Notes: generated by a model not told the origin, from the sequence alone. Shown: positions 9,442 to 18,574, counted from the first letter of the stretch. The stretch is DNA of 64,000 nucleotides from Cyclobacteriaceae bacterium (GCA_046541235.1 JBKHDR010000011.1:518-64517); one strand, 5' to 3'. Numbers and translations: made by a program.

Positions 9442-10155
9442 TCAGATGCGGTCACGTATCGGCAGGTTGACAAAGAAATTGGTACCCTGTCCTTCTTCAC
9501 TTTCATACCAGATACTTCCCTGGTGTCTTTCGACAATCTTTTTAGCCAGATAGAGGCCCAGGCCGCTGGATTCCTCGCCTTCGGTACCCCGGCGGGTAGC
9601 TTTGCTGAACTTGCTGAATATGTAAGGCCTGAGTCTTTTTGGGATACCAATGCCCTGATCCGATACAGAAATATTGATCACATTGGCATACTTAACTAGT
9701 TTCACAATCACCTCGGTGCCCGGAATTGAATACTTGACGGCGTTGGAAAGCAGTTGCTCAATCACCCGGCGGATGGCTACTTCGTCCATGTAGATGGTAG
9801 CTTCTTCTTCCAGGTCCTCAAAAATCACCTTTACGTCCTTAGACTTGCTGAGGCTGGCAGGATACCTTTCAGCAACTTGCTTCACAATGCGGTTGATGAT
9901 GACCGGGCGAGGCTGCTGCAGGGGATCTTCTTCAAGACAGCGATCTACCGAGATAAGGTTATGAATGATGCTCTTGATAGTGGTACAATCGCGTTCTATG
10001 GTTTCAAAGAATTTACGATTCTCATCATCTATCTCATTCTCAAAGTTCTTGAAAAGTGTATAATTGCAGGATCTTATCCTGGCGAGCATACCTTTCAGAT
10101 CATGCCCTATACGGGCAAGGATCTCTTCATTGGTCTCAGCACTTTTGATCATCAC
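9442..10155 (-). CDS. Minimal histidine kinase (HisKA + HATPase only, no sensor or TM)
   Basis: H-box IGHDLKG at residues ~16-22; N box QLLSNAVKY; DQGIGI; IFSKF; SGLGLY. Confidence 0.85.
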   Translation of the reverse strand: MMIKSAETNEEILARIGHDLKGMLARIRSCNYTLFKNFENEIDDENRKFFETIERDCTTIKSIIHNLISVDRCLEEDPLQQPRPVIINRIVKQVAERYPASLSKSKDVKVIFEDLEEEATIYMDEVAIRRVIEQLLSNAVKYSIPGTEVIVKLVKYANVINISVSDQGIGIPKRLRPYIFSKFSKATRRGTEGEESSGLGLYLAKKIVERHQGSIWYESEEGQGTNFFVNLPIRDRI

Positions 10156-10422
10156 TGTAAATTCTTTGGTTGCAGCTTTTGTCAGGCACGCTACAATGAT
10201 AGTGAGGACCCGTCATAAAAAAATCAAAAATATGTCTACCAACTGTCAATGTAATTATTACGCTGACTATGCATGTAATTTTGTACTTATAAATGCCAAA
10301 CAAATAAAATGATGACTATAAGACTGATAGAATTGTATTCTATACATAATCCGTAAAGAAAATAAGCTGAGCAATGTATACGTAAAAGACGAAAGCAACC
10401 TACTGATTTGCACAGCAGAAAC

Positions 10423-11592
10423 TCAGAAGGCTTCTCCAATGAAGAAATATACGCCACTACCCTCTTCGGTAAATGCCACATCCAGGCGGGTAAAAATATC
10501 CTTGTTCTTGAAAAGCAGGAAGCGCACTCCTGCCCCGCCGGCGGGCTTGAGCGAAGCCAGGTTCAGGTCGCCAATGGTGGGCGCTACGCCACCCATCCCC
10601 ATGAACACCGCTCCTCCCCAGCGGCGGCTGAAGGGAAAAGGCAGCCAGCGATATTCCACCTGAGTCGCCAGCAGATTGCGGTCGCGGTAGCGTCCCAGAT
10701 AGTAGCCACGCATCAGGCTTTCCCCACCCATCAGCGCCAGCTGATTGAAAGGCACATCACCACTTACCGACTGCCCGTAAAGCTGCACAGCAAGCAACTG
10801 TTGCTTGGCCGTAGGCACATACCAGCGGCTATCCAGGATAAAACTGCTGAAGCTGAGAGCATGCTGGTTGAGCAGACCATAGTTAAGATAGGCGAGCTCT
10901 GCAAACCAGCCCTTCCGTACATTGAGAACATTGTGACGGTCATCATGTAGCAGACCCACCCCCAGGCCCAGGTTGGAGGACCCATCTGCACCAAGCGGCA
11001 GCGCTGCAGGTGGACCTTCCCAGTTAAAAGTAACATTACTCAGACGCTGCCAGTCTACTTCCAGTCCCAGGTAAAAATCGCCGAAAATACGACGCAGTGC
11101 CCGCTCACGCAGGATCAGGTAGCGCGCATCTACGACCGCAAGGGCCTCGTCAGGGCTTTCTTCACCTATACCATGATAATACAGTGGAAACGACTGCCCA
11201 CGAAGCCTGCCCAGGAAGAACCACTGGTCCTGGTCAGAGTAGAGCGCATGGTCCAGCCAGATGCCATACTGGCTTTCCAGTGTAAAAAAGGTAAAAGCAT
11301 TGATCTCACTCAGGCGGTTGGCAGTATCCCTGTTTGCATGGTAAAGATAAAGCGAACTCAGACCAATTTCCCAGCTGGTTTCGGGAGAATAGGCCAGGGT
11401 GGGATAATTCAGAAAGCGAGGCTGCTCTGCCGAAACTGTATCTGCCAGGAAACTTCCGACTTTATCCTGTGTCCACTTTACCAACTGGGCCTGTACCTGC
11501 ATTGTAGAAAGTAAAACAAGTGCTACTATAAAGGTATACCGGCTCAACCATTTGAAACAGGTATGACGAAAGCTACTGACTAAGATATACAT
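10423..11592 (-). CDS. Omp85/BamA-TamA family outer-membrane beta-barrel without POTRA domains
   Basis: L6-loop motif LMRGYYLGRYRD; amphipathic strands; C-terminal YFFIGEAF. Confidence 0.8.
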   Translation of the reverse strand: MYILVSSFRHTCFKWLSRYTFIVALVLLSTMQVQAQLVKWTQDKVGSFLADTVSAEQPRFLNYPTLAYSPETSWEIGLSSLYLYHANRDTANRLSEINAFTFFTLESQYGIWLDHALYSDQDQWFFLGRLRGQSFPLYYHGIGEESPDEALAVVDARYLILRERALRRIFGDFYLGLEVDWQRLSNVTFNWEGPPAALPLGADGSSNLGLGVGLLHDDRHNVLNVRKGWFAELAYLNYGLLNQHALSFSSFILDSRWYVPTAKQQLLAVQLYGQSVSGDVPFNQLALMGGESLMRGYYLGRYRDRNLLATQVEYRWLPFPFSRRWGGAVFMGMGGVAPTIGDLNLASLKPAGGAGVRFLLFKNKDIFTRLDVAFTEEGSGVYFFIGEAF

Positions 11593-12108
11593 GCTTTACT
11601 GTTACGTTTTTGCCAACCTAAGGTGACACTCTTCTATTCAGATTTAATTGTTTCTTAAAAAGGCAGAAACAGGCACATGTCAGATTTTTACTTTTTTTCA
11701 AATAACAGTCAGTTGCAGGGCCGGCAAAAATATTGTGTATTACTCATCATAATTCAAAACAATTACATACGACAATTTTCTTAAGTAGCCTGAGCAGATT
11801 TTACTAACATTTTCTCACCTTAAGCTTAAGTAAGCTCATTTTTTGAAGACTTTGAAAAAATCAGGGAGTTGAGGAGTAGAGCTGCCTGTATATTTTAGTA
11901 TTTCTGATTTATGTAGTTACTTTTTCTCTATTATATAGCCACCTATAACTAAGTATATCAGACAATGCCATTTTAAGTTCTTGAAGTAAATATTTAAAAT
12001 AGTACCCCTGATACGATTCACATGAACTTCTTACCTGTAGTTTATCCGTATGAAGCGAACAGGTATCTTTGAAGAGCGGTGAATCTTTTTTTTCAAAAAA
12101 AGATATGA

Positions 12109-12498
12109 ATGCTTATGCAAGTGAAGGATTGTCAGAAAGCCAATGAAATTATCAGCTTCCACTTAGAAGATGGAATTCTTCATGGAACTTATCTTGTCCA
12201 GAAAATCAACCTGGGAGCAGCTATCAATGCTACTTCATTCAAAAAAGAAATTACAATGGGTAAACCTTACCCGGCACTGGCTGACATTTCCAGGGTGAAA
12301 GATATGAGTAAGGAAGCCCGGGCTTTTTTTTCTCAGGATGCGGGTGAGGATCTGCTGGCACTGGCCGTCATTGTCAACAATCCGGTCACACGGATGCTGA
12401 CCAACTTCTTTCTTCAATTCAACAAGCCGGTTTACCCTTTTCGCATTTTTACTGACCGGAAAGAGGCCATCTGCTGGTTGAAAAAATACCAACATTAG
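12109..12498 (+). CDS. STAS/SEC14-like (SpoIIAA-like) small protein, copy 1
   Basis: 129 aa alpha/beta pattern; DISRVKDMSKEAR; C-terminal PFRIFTDRKEAICWL typical of SpoIIAA-like proteins. Confidence 0.75.
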   Translation: MLMQVKDCQKANEIISFHLEDGILHGTYLVQKINLGAAINATSFKKEITMGKPYPALADISRVKDMSKEARAFFSQDAGEDLLALAVIVNNPVTRMLTNFFLQFNKPVYPFRIFTDRKEAICWLKKYQH

Positions 12499-12509
12499 TA
12501 CATTCTCAG

Positions 12510-12887
12510 ATGCAGGATAAGATATTAGACAATAAGTATTACAGAGCTGAAATGCAGGATGGCATCATGATCGTGCAATATAAACCCGGCCTGCATATCA
12601 CGCTGAAGGAGGCCAGGGAAATTGTACAGGCGAGGCTTGATCATTTTGGGAACATTTCATATCCGGTAATTTTTAAAAGCTCCAGGGTAAAAAGTATAGA
12701 CAAAGCAGCACGCAGCTACCTCTTCAAGGAAGGGCATATCAACCTCAAAGCTATTGCGCTAATAGAGCAAACCAAGGTAGAAAAAGTGATGTTGAGCATC
12801 ATGCTGAATTTTGACCGCCCTCCCATACCCTGCCGTGCCTTCGACAATGAAATGGATGCCATAGCATGGTTACAAGATTTTAAATAA
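12510..12887 (+). CDS. STAS/SEC14-like (SpoIIAA-like) small protein, copy 2
   Basis: Paralog of the preceding ORF: shares DGI, YP, SRVK, KxAR and PxRxFxxxxxAIxWL. Confidence 0.75.
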   Translation: MQDKILDNKYYRAEMQDGIMIVQYKPGLHITLKEAREIVQARLDHFGNISYPVIFKSSRVKSIDKAARSYLFKEGHINLKAIALIEQTKVEKVMLSIMLNFDRPPIPCRAFDNEMDAIAWLQDFK

Positions 12888-12889
12888 GT

Positions 12890-14113
12890 ATGGACAAAAA
12901 CGAGAAGCGTTTGGAAGATATCAACCAACTGATACTGGAGATCGCCGGAGGAAAACTGGGCCGTAAGCTGGAGATATCTTCTGCTTTTGATGAAATTGAT
13001 GCGATTGCTTCCGGTATCAATATGCTGGGAGAAGAGTTGCAGGCGAGTATGATCGACCGCAACTACTTCAATTGCGTGCTGAAAAGCATCGTGGATATTC
13101 TCATCATTTTTGACCAGAACTATCAGATTATCCAGATTAATGACAAGGCTCTTGAATCCCTGGGCTATCCTGAACAAGACCTGCTAGGTAAATCTATTGG
13201 CTCATTAGTGCCTGACGAAGAAAAAGAAAAATTTTTTAATCTGATTGCTGCTGTCCAGGAACAGGAAGCACTCTATAATGCGGAAGTCAATTTTTGTACT
13301 GCCTTGGATGAAAAACTTCCCCTGGCTATTTCTGTCTCCAAGCTACAGACCAAAAGTCAAATGCAATCGGGGTATGTACTCCTGGCTAAGGATCTGAAAC
13401 AGTTTTACATTCTGTCAGATGCCCTGAAGAAGAAGAATAAGGAGCTTGAGACTTTTGTCTATAAAGTGTCTCATGACCTGAAAGGGCCGGTAGCTTCGCT
13501 GCTCGGCCTGCTGGAGTTAAGTGAAAGAGAGGATAATGACTTGGCAACTATTCGTGCCTATATGGGGATGATGAAGAGCAGCCTGCAGCGGCTTGATAAA
13601 AGCATCGTTTCTTTTCTTAATTTCACTCTGGCTACCCGTACTGATATCGAACCACAGAAAGTCATGCTCAAGCAGGAAGTATACGAAGTGATAAAGGTAC
13701 TATGGGCTTTTCCCAACAGATCCTATGTATCTATCAATAACCTGATCCCCGATGAGTTGAGCCTGTATACAATTCCTGAGCTGCTTCGTTCGGTACTGCA
13801 GAATTTTATTGAAAACGCCATCAAGTACAGAAGCAGGTTCAGGCCTTCCAGTGTGGATATCAGCGCTGAAACACACCCTCAGAAAACCATCATCCGCATC
13901 AGGGACAATGGCATCGGCATGAGCCCATATATTCGTGAACGAGCTTTTGATATGTACTTCAGGGGGCATAGCGAAGCGCCCGGCAGCGGCCTTGGCCTGT
14001 ACATTACCAAAGCCAGCGTAGAGAAGCTGGGAGGAGAGATTTATCTGTGCAGCGAAGAAGGTAAGGGAACCGAAGTAAAAATTACGCTTCCCAATCTCAA
14101 CCGCTATGTATAA
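12890..14113 (+). CDS. Soluble HAMP-PAS-HisKA-HATPase histidine kinase
   Basis: N-terminal HAMP-like IAGGKL...DEIDAIASGINMLGEEL; PAS INDKALESLGYPEQDLLGKSI; H-box VSHDLKGP; NFIENAIKY; DNGIGM; GSGLGL. No TM stretch. Confidence 0.88.
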   Translation: MDKNEKRLEDINQLILEIAGGKLGRKLEISSAFDEIDAIASGINMLGEELQASMIDRNYFNCVLKSIVDILIIFDQNYQIIQINDKALESLGYPEQDLLGKSIGSLVPDEEKEKFFNLIAAVQEQEALYNAEVNFCTALDEKLPLAISVSKLQTKSQMQSGYVLLAKDLKQFYILSDALKKKNKELETFVYKVSHDLKGPVASLLGLLELSEREDNDLATIRAYMGMMKSSLQRLDKSIVSFLNFTLATRTDIEPQKVMLKQEVYEVIKVLWAFPNRSYVSINNLIPDELSLYTIPELLRSVLQNFIENAIKYRSRFRPSSVDISAETHPQKTIIRIRDNGIGMSPYIRERAFDMYFRGHSEAPGSGLGLYITKASVEKLGGEIYLCSEEGKGTEVKITLPNLNRYV

Positions 14114-14162
14114 TCCTCCAGCACGATCAATATATACTGGTGAAGAATACTACCCGTGTTTT

Positions 14163-16589
14163 TTAGTACTCCTTTTCCAGTAGTTTATTGCCCTGCAAGC
14201 CTTCCAGCGCTTCAAAACTGAAATTGGCATCGGTCTGTATAAAGCCTACTTTGGGAAACTGCCGGGCACCCAGCTTCTTCTTTTCCATATTGGCCGTCAC
14301 ACCCAGGTGAATCAGTTCTTTCCCCAGTGCATTGGCTCGCATTACTGCCCGGTAAAGCAGTTGCTTGTACACTTTGTGTTCGGCGTATTCATAATCAAGC
14401 CCCACCAGTACTCCCTGATAAGTACGAGGACTGATATGGGTCATGGCTACCCCGATCAGCGGTTTTTCACCGGTAGCCGCATAAAGGCAGATAAACTCCC
14501 ATTCTGATGACTCATTCATCTGGCTAAAAAGCTTATAAGGATAAGCGGTAATATTAAGCGCCAGGTTTACTTTTTGTACGTTCAGGTAAAGCATGTAGGC
14601 CGTGTGCAGTTCTTCATCCGTCAGTTGTGCTTTGTGCTCAATTACAAAGAGATGTTTGCGGTTGAGGACATCCTGGCGCATGTGTTTCCTGGAGCGGGGC
14701 GTGAGCGTAGCCTGAAAAGTTTCTTCATTTTCAAAATGAGTCAGTTCAAGTACTGAAGCTTCGGGGAAATCCACTTTCATAAAACCCTGCTCATGGAAGA
14801 AATCGTTGAGTTCGGTATCATCAGCATGCAGGTCTCGGATGATCATAGTCTTGGCATCCATCTGCTTTTTTAGTTTTTCCATTTGCAGGCACAGCATCCG
14901 CAAAGCTTCTTTATACATGTGATGTGAGCGGTCCACGTAGAGATGATCGCCGTCCGTGATCTGTGAGCCCATACAAAGCACCCTGCTCATCATAAAGTAG
15001 GGGTCTGTCATTCGTATCGCTTCTATAGGCGCAGATACTTCCGGTTTAGCCAGCATGTCATCCTTCCAGAGCCCTGCCGTGAAGAAGGTTGCCAGCACCG
15101 GGTGCTGCTTTTTGTCCCTGATAATGAGATACACAAAATTCCAGTTGTGTTCGGGCAGCAGATTGTCAGCAAATGCGCTTTCCATCAGCCGCAGGTTACT
15201 GTGATTGAAGATACCCTTATCGGCAAAAAGATAATCCCAGTCCTGGGAATTGATATCACTGATGCGATGATAGACTGATACATCAAGCTGTTCCGATACT
15301 TCTGCTGCATCGTGCGGTTCTTCCACCGGAGGCAGTTTAAAGGCCGCTCTCACGCGGTTGAGGGTTAGTCCTTCTTCCCTCAAACTCTCGGGATAATGAT
15401 GAACCATGGCATCAACCAAAGCTTTGATCTCTTCTTTCTGGTTATGCCTTGAAATGGTAAACCTGATGCCGGAATTACGTACAGGTACGGCGGGGAAGAT
15501 GGCTACATTGATATAAAAGCCCTCGTTCATGAGCCTGCGCGCAAAATTGTAAGCAGCGGCTGGCAGGGCTGATCCTATAAAATGGACAGGGCACACGTTT
15601 TCCTGCACCAGGGGCAGGGAAGTCTGCCTGATAAGTTCGTTACAGTAATTCACTTTCTCTCTGAGATCAGCCTGTAGCTCGTAGATTTCGTCAGAAAGGT
15701 GAATCCTGGCTGATGCCAGAGCAGCTGCTACGCTGGCAGGCTCCAGCTGGGCCGAGAAAGTCTGGGGCCCACCAAAGATGCGGTAGGATTCATAGAGCGC
15801 CTGATCACCAAAAACCACCACGCTGCCGCTGGCTCCGAAGCTTTTGCTAAGCGTACCGACCAGCACCATTTGCTCCGGCAACTCACCCAGCTGGCTCATC
15901 ACATAACCTGTACCGTGTTTGCCCGCCCAGCTCATGCCGTGTACATCATCTACATAGAGATGAAGCTGAGGATATTTTTTCTTCAGTTCCAACAGTTCTC
16001 CCATGGGTACTGTATCTCCGTACATAGAATATACTCCATCGGCTGCATACCAGATATGACGGTACTGGTTTCGGTATTTCTTAAGCAAATCCTCCAGCAT
16101 GTTCATATCGTTGTGTCGCAGTAGCTGCACCGGAATGCCGCGAGGCTTGAGCAGCTGCGCTGCATTCTGTACACTGGCGTGCACCTGCTGGTCCAGGATC
16201 AGCATATCTTCATCTCTTACCACAGAAGGGATGACACCTAAGTGGGCCAGGGTACTGTTCTTGGTGATTACCAGCGGGCGCTCGTACATTTGCAGAAGTG
16301 CCTCCTCCAGCTCTTTGTAAATCACAAAGGAAACATAGGTTTTTGACAACGGAAACTGGGTACCATAGCGCATAATAGCATCACAGGCCGCCTGCTTGAT
16401 TCTTATATCCTGCTCGAGACCCAGGTAGCCGGTGGTACCGAAATGAAAAAGCTTCTTGCCTTTGATCTGGATATAGCGACCGTCAAAATGATCCCCTTCG
16501 GTGTAGAGATGAAGCAACCCCTCTTTCTTGGCATGAAGAATCAGGTCGCCGATAGTATCCAACAAATTGTTGTGTCTGGATTTAGCCAT
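14163..16589 (-). CDS. Alpha-oxoamine synthase (BioF/Spt/CqsA-like, PLP) fused to a C-terminal FemAB/GNAT-like domain
   Basis: GYLGL, DQQVHASV, DGVYSMYGD, DDVHG, GTLSKSFG (PLP Lys), FPAVP..GIRFTIS in residues ~1-400. The following ~400 aa include GLDY and HLGVTANMEKKKLGA, typical of tandem GNAT/FemAB folds. Start placed at ATG 16589 (MAKSRHNN). Confidence 0.85.
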   Translation of the reverse strand: MAKSRHNNLLDTIGDLILHAKKEGLLHLYTEGDHFDGRYIQIKGKKLFHFGTTGYLGLEQDIRIKQAACDAIMRYGTQFPLSKTYVSFVIYKELEEALLQMYERPLVITKNSTLAHLGVIPSVVRDEDMLILDQQVHASVQNAAQLLKPRGIPVQLLRHNDMNMLEDLLKKYRNQYRHIWYAADGVYSMYGDTVPMGELLELKKKYPQLHLYVDDVHGMSWAGKHGTGYVMSQLGELPEQMVLVGTLSKSFGASGSVVVFGDQALYESYRIFGGPQTFSAQLEPASVAAALASARIHLSDEIYELQADLREKVNYCNELIRQTSLPLVQENVCPVHFIGSALPAAAYNFARRLMNEGFYINVAIFPAVPVRNSGIRFTISRHNQKEEIKALVDAMVHHYPESLREEGLTLNRVRAAFKLPPVEEPHDAAEVSEQLDVSVYHRISDINSQDWDYLFADKGIFNHSNLRLMESAFADNLLPEHNWNFVYLIIRDKKQHPVLATFFTAGLWKDDMLAKPEVSAPIEAIRMTDPYFMMSRVLCMGSQITDGDHLYVDRSHHMYKEALRMLCLQMEKLKKQMDAKTMIIRDLHADDTELNDFFHEQGFMKVDFPEASVLELTHFENEETFQATLTPRSRKHMRQDVLNRKHLFVIEHKAQLTDEELHTAYMLYLNVQKVNLALNITAYPYKLFSQMNESSEWEFICLYAATGEKPLIGVAMTHISPRTYQGVLVGLDYEYAEHKVYKQLLYRAVMRANALGKELIHLGVTANMEKKKLGARQFPKVGFIQTDANFSFEALEGLQGNKLLEKEY

Positions 16590-17032
16590 TAACTTAATGC
16601 ATTGATTTTGAGAATATAAAATTGAGGAACAAATGCCACACCTCTGAACTGAAATAAGGATAAAGCGGATCTTGTAAGAAAAAACCAGGAATAAGTGTGA
16701 ATTACAAAGCAAAAATACAGGAAATAAGAGATACCACTGATACTGACTAAAAAATCAATTTTATGTTTACCAAATACGTCCGTCATACTACCGACTGAAG
16801 GGGCAACGGCATGTAAGGTCTTCCTGATTTGAGAATAAAAAAGTTAAAAAAGCTCTTTTTTTCTGTTTTATTTCATGAAGCATTATCTGATGTATCTACA
16901 TTTATTTACGTAATTTCAGCATCGCCTTGATCAAGCTTGATACTTTTTTTCCTCATTTTCAGTAAATTGGCAAAGGCAACATTATACAGGAAAAAGCATA
17001 TTTATACTTTCGGACGATGAACCTTATTTTTT

Positions 17033-17593
17033 ATGAGTAAAGATACCTTTGCCTTTAAATACTTCAGGGTACTACCGGCGGCACTACCCGCTTATTTTAT
17101 ACCCGAACCCCATCCTTTTTACTCTACCCGACTTACTATGGAAAAGCTGGCGGAGCATTGCTGGCAGATATATTACGCGCGTCATTACGAAAGTTTGGCG
17201 TTTGGAGCCCCGGAAATCGTATCAGGGACTCTCAGGGTGGGACGCCATCCTGAAGAGTGTGAAAAGGAACTGCTCAAGGTCCTAAATCATTTTCCAATGC
17301 TTACCGAAGGTTTTTATCATAAGTTGAGGACAGGAATTCTTACGTTTAGGATAAAAGAAAAAGACTGGTTACAGAGTGAACTGCTGCACCGTGATTATCA
17401 TGACATAGAAATTGCTGCTTTGTACCAGCTGGGGGTGAGCAATGAGTTGCTTCGCTGGATGTACCGTGAAAGGAAATTTATACTGCATGAACTGAAAGAC
17501 CAGCCTCTTCTGGCTGAGGAAGTGAGGATCAGGGAAATGGAATTTACTATTTCTGATCAAGTGCTCAGGAAATTTCGCAAGAGCCAGAAATAG
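17033..17593 (+). CDS. Hypothetical cytoplasmic protein, divergent from the AOS-GNAT gene
   Basis: 186-aa ORF with protein-like composition filling an otherwise empty gap; no recognised motif. Confidence 0.65.
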   Translation: MSKDTFAFKYFRVLPAALPAYFIPEPHPFYSTRLTMEKLAEHCWQIYYARHYESLAFGAPEIVSGTLRVGRHPEECEKELLKVLNHFPMLTEGFYHKLRTGILTFRIKEKDWLQSELLHRDYHDIEIAALYQLGVSNELLRWMYRERKFILHELKDQPLLAEEVRIREMEFTISDQVLRKFRKSQK

Positions 17594-18001
17594 TGCCCAT
17601 CTTCCAGTTCCCCAATGAGATTCCGTTTTTGGCACTCTACCAGGCTAAACCGTTTCACGGCGAACCACGGTAGATTCTTGTCCATCAGACTTTCCGAACC
17701 CTCCGCTGCCTTGGACAATGGGAATTACCCGACCCCTGATGTTTGCCGCACCTGGGATTCACGTCCAGAATACTTAGAATGAAATTTTCAATGTTACGAA
17801 CCAGGCTACCTAAAGGACAAGATCATATCACTGTAAAGTAGCATAACATAAAAGGCCACAAATTTTTGTCTATAATAAATCTTAGTCAACATTCTACTTC
17901 TGCGGAAACCTGGCAGCACACAAAGGAAGCAAAAAAAAACCGGCTCATGAGGCCGGTCTCTCATCAATAAGCAGTCAATTAAAAAAAGCCGCTTGTGTAA
18001 A

Positions 18002-18364
18002 TTATCCCTGAGAATTGTCGTAATAAAAACGCTCATGCACAATCTGATCGTTCTCCCAGTGCTGCACGGCTACCTGTTCCATATTGACGCGCGAACCACC
18101 CTGAAAGGTGACATCCATGGCCACTTCTATAAAAACCACACCTTTGCTTTCATCAGAAGCGATGCTTTTTACTTCCATGCCGTGAAACTCCTGCACGCTG
18201 TTCAGAAACTGCACTTCGTACTCTCTGCAACTGGCTTTCCCCTCACGTGTACCGCGGGGCTCGGTCATGACCACATTTTCGGCATAATACTTATCAAAGG
18301 CATCCAGCAGTTGCCCCTGTCCAATCATGTTGTAAAGATCCTGGGCTTTTTCTTTAAGTGTCAT
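18002..18364 (-). CDS. SnoaL-like / NTF2-family protein
   Basis: AFDKYYAENVVMTEP; VAVQHWENDQIVHERFYY. Confidence 0.85.
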   Translation of the reverse strand: MTLKEKAQDLYNMIGQGQLLDAFDKYYAENVVMTEPRGTREGKASCREYEVQFLNSVQEFHGMEVKSIASDESKGVVFIEVAMDVTFQGGSRVNMEQVAVQHWENDQIVHERFYYDNSQG

Positions 18365-18574
18365 AATATATAAATTTTATATGTATATACATTAAATTAG
18401 CTTGCAGGAGTTTTGTTTGACAAATTGATGCTTTTTTGACCAAAGCTACTTTGCAGGATCAGGCTTGTATCATTATCAGACTATTAGCTATATTTTACCT
18501 CAAAATTTGTTTGGTTACCAGAAGCCGCCTTAATTAAGGGGCCACCTGACTTCTTACTGGCCAGAGCGCCTGGT

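Noticed and set aside
11593-12108. Long AT-rich intergenic region with the palindrome CTTAAGCTTAAG
   Set aside because: No credible ORF or RNA motif; consistent with a divergent promoter region, and short palindromes are expected at this AT content.
14163-16712. Annotating the long PLP enzyme as bioF
   Set aside because: No bio genes are nearby, it carries a large extra domain, and the N-terminal motif differs. The ORF-track start at 16712 was also rejected in favour of 16589.
17680-17760. Minus-strand peptide IPGAANIRGRVIPIV resembling CheW, and a GTGCG resembling a group II intron 5' end
   Set aside because: The peptide is bounded by stops with no start codon, and there are no other intron domains or reverse transcriptase in the window.
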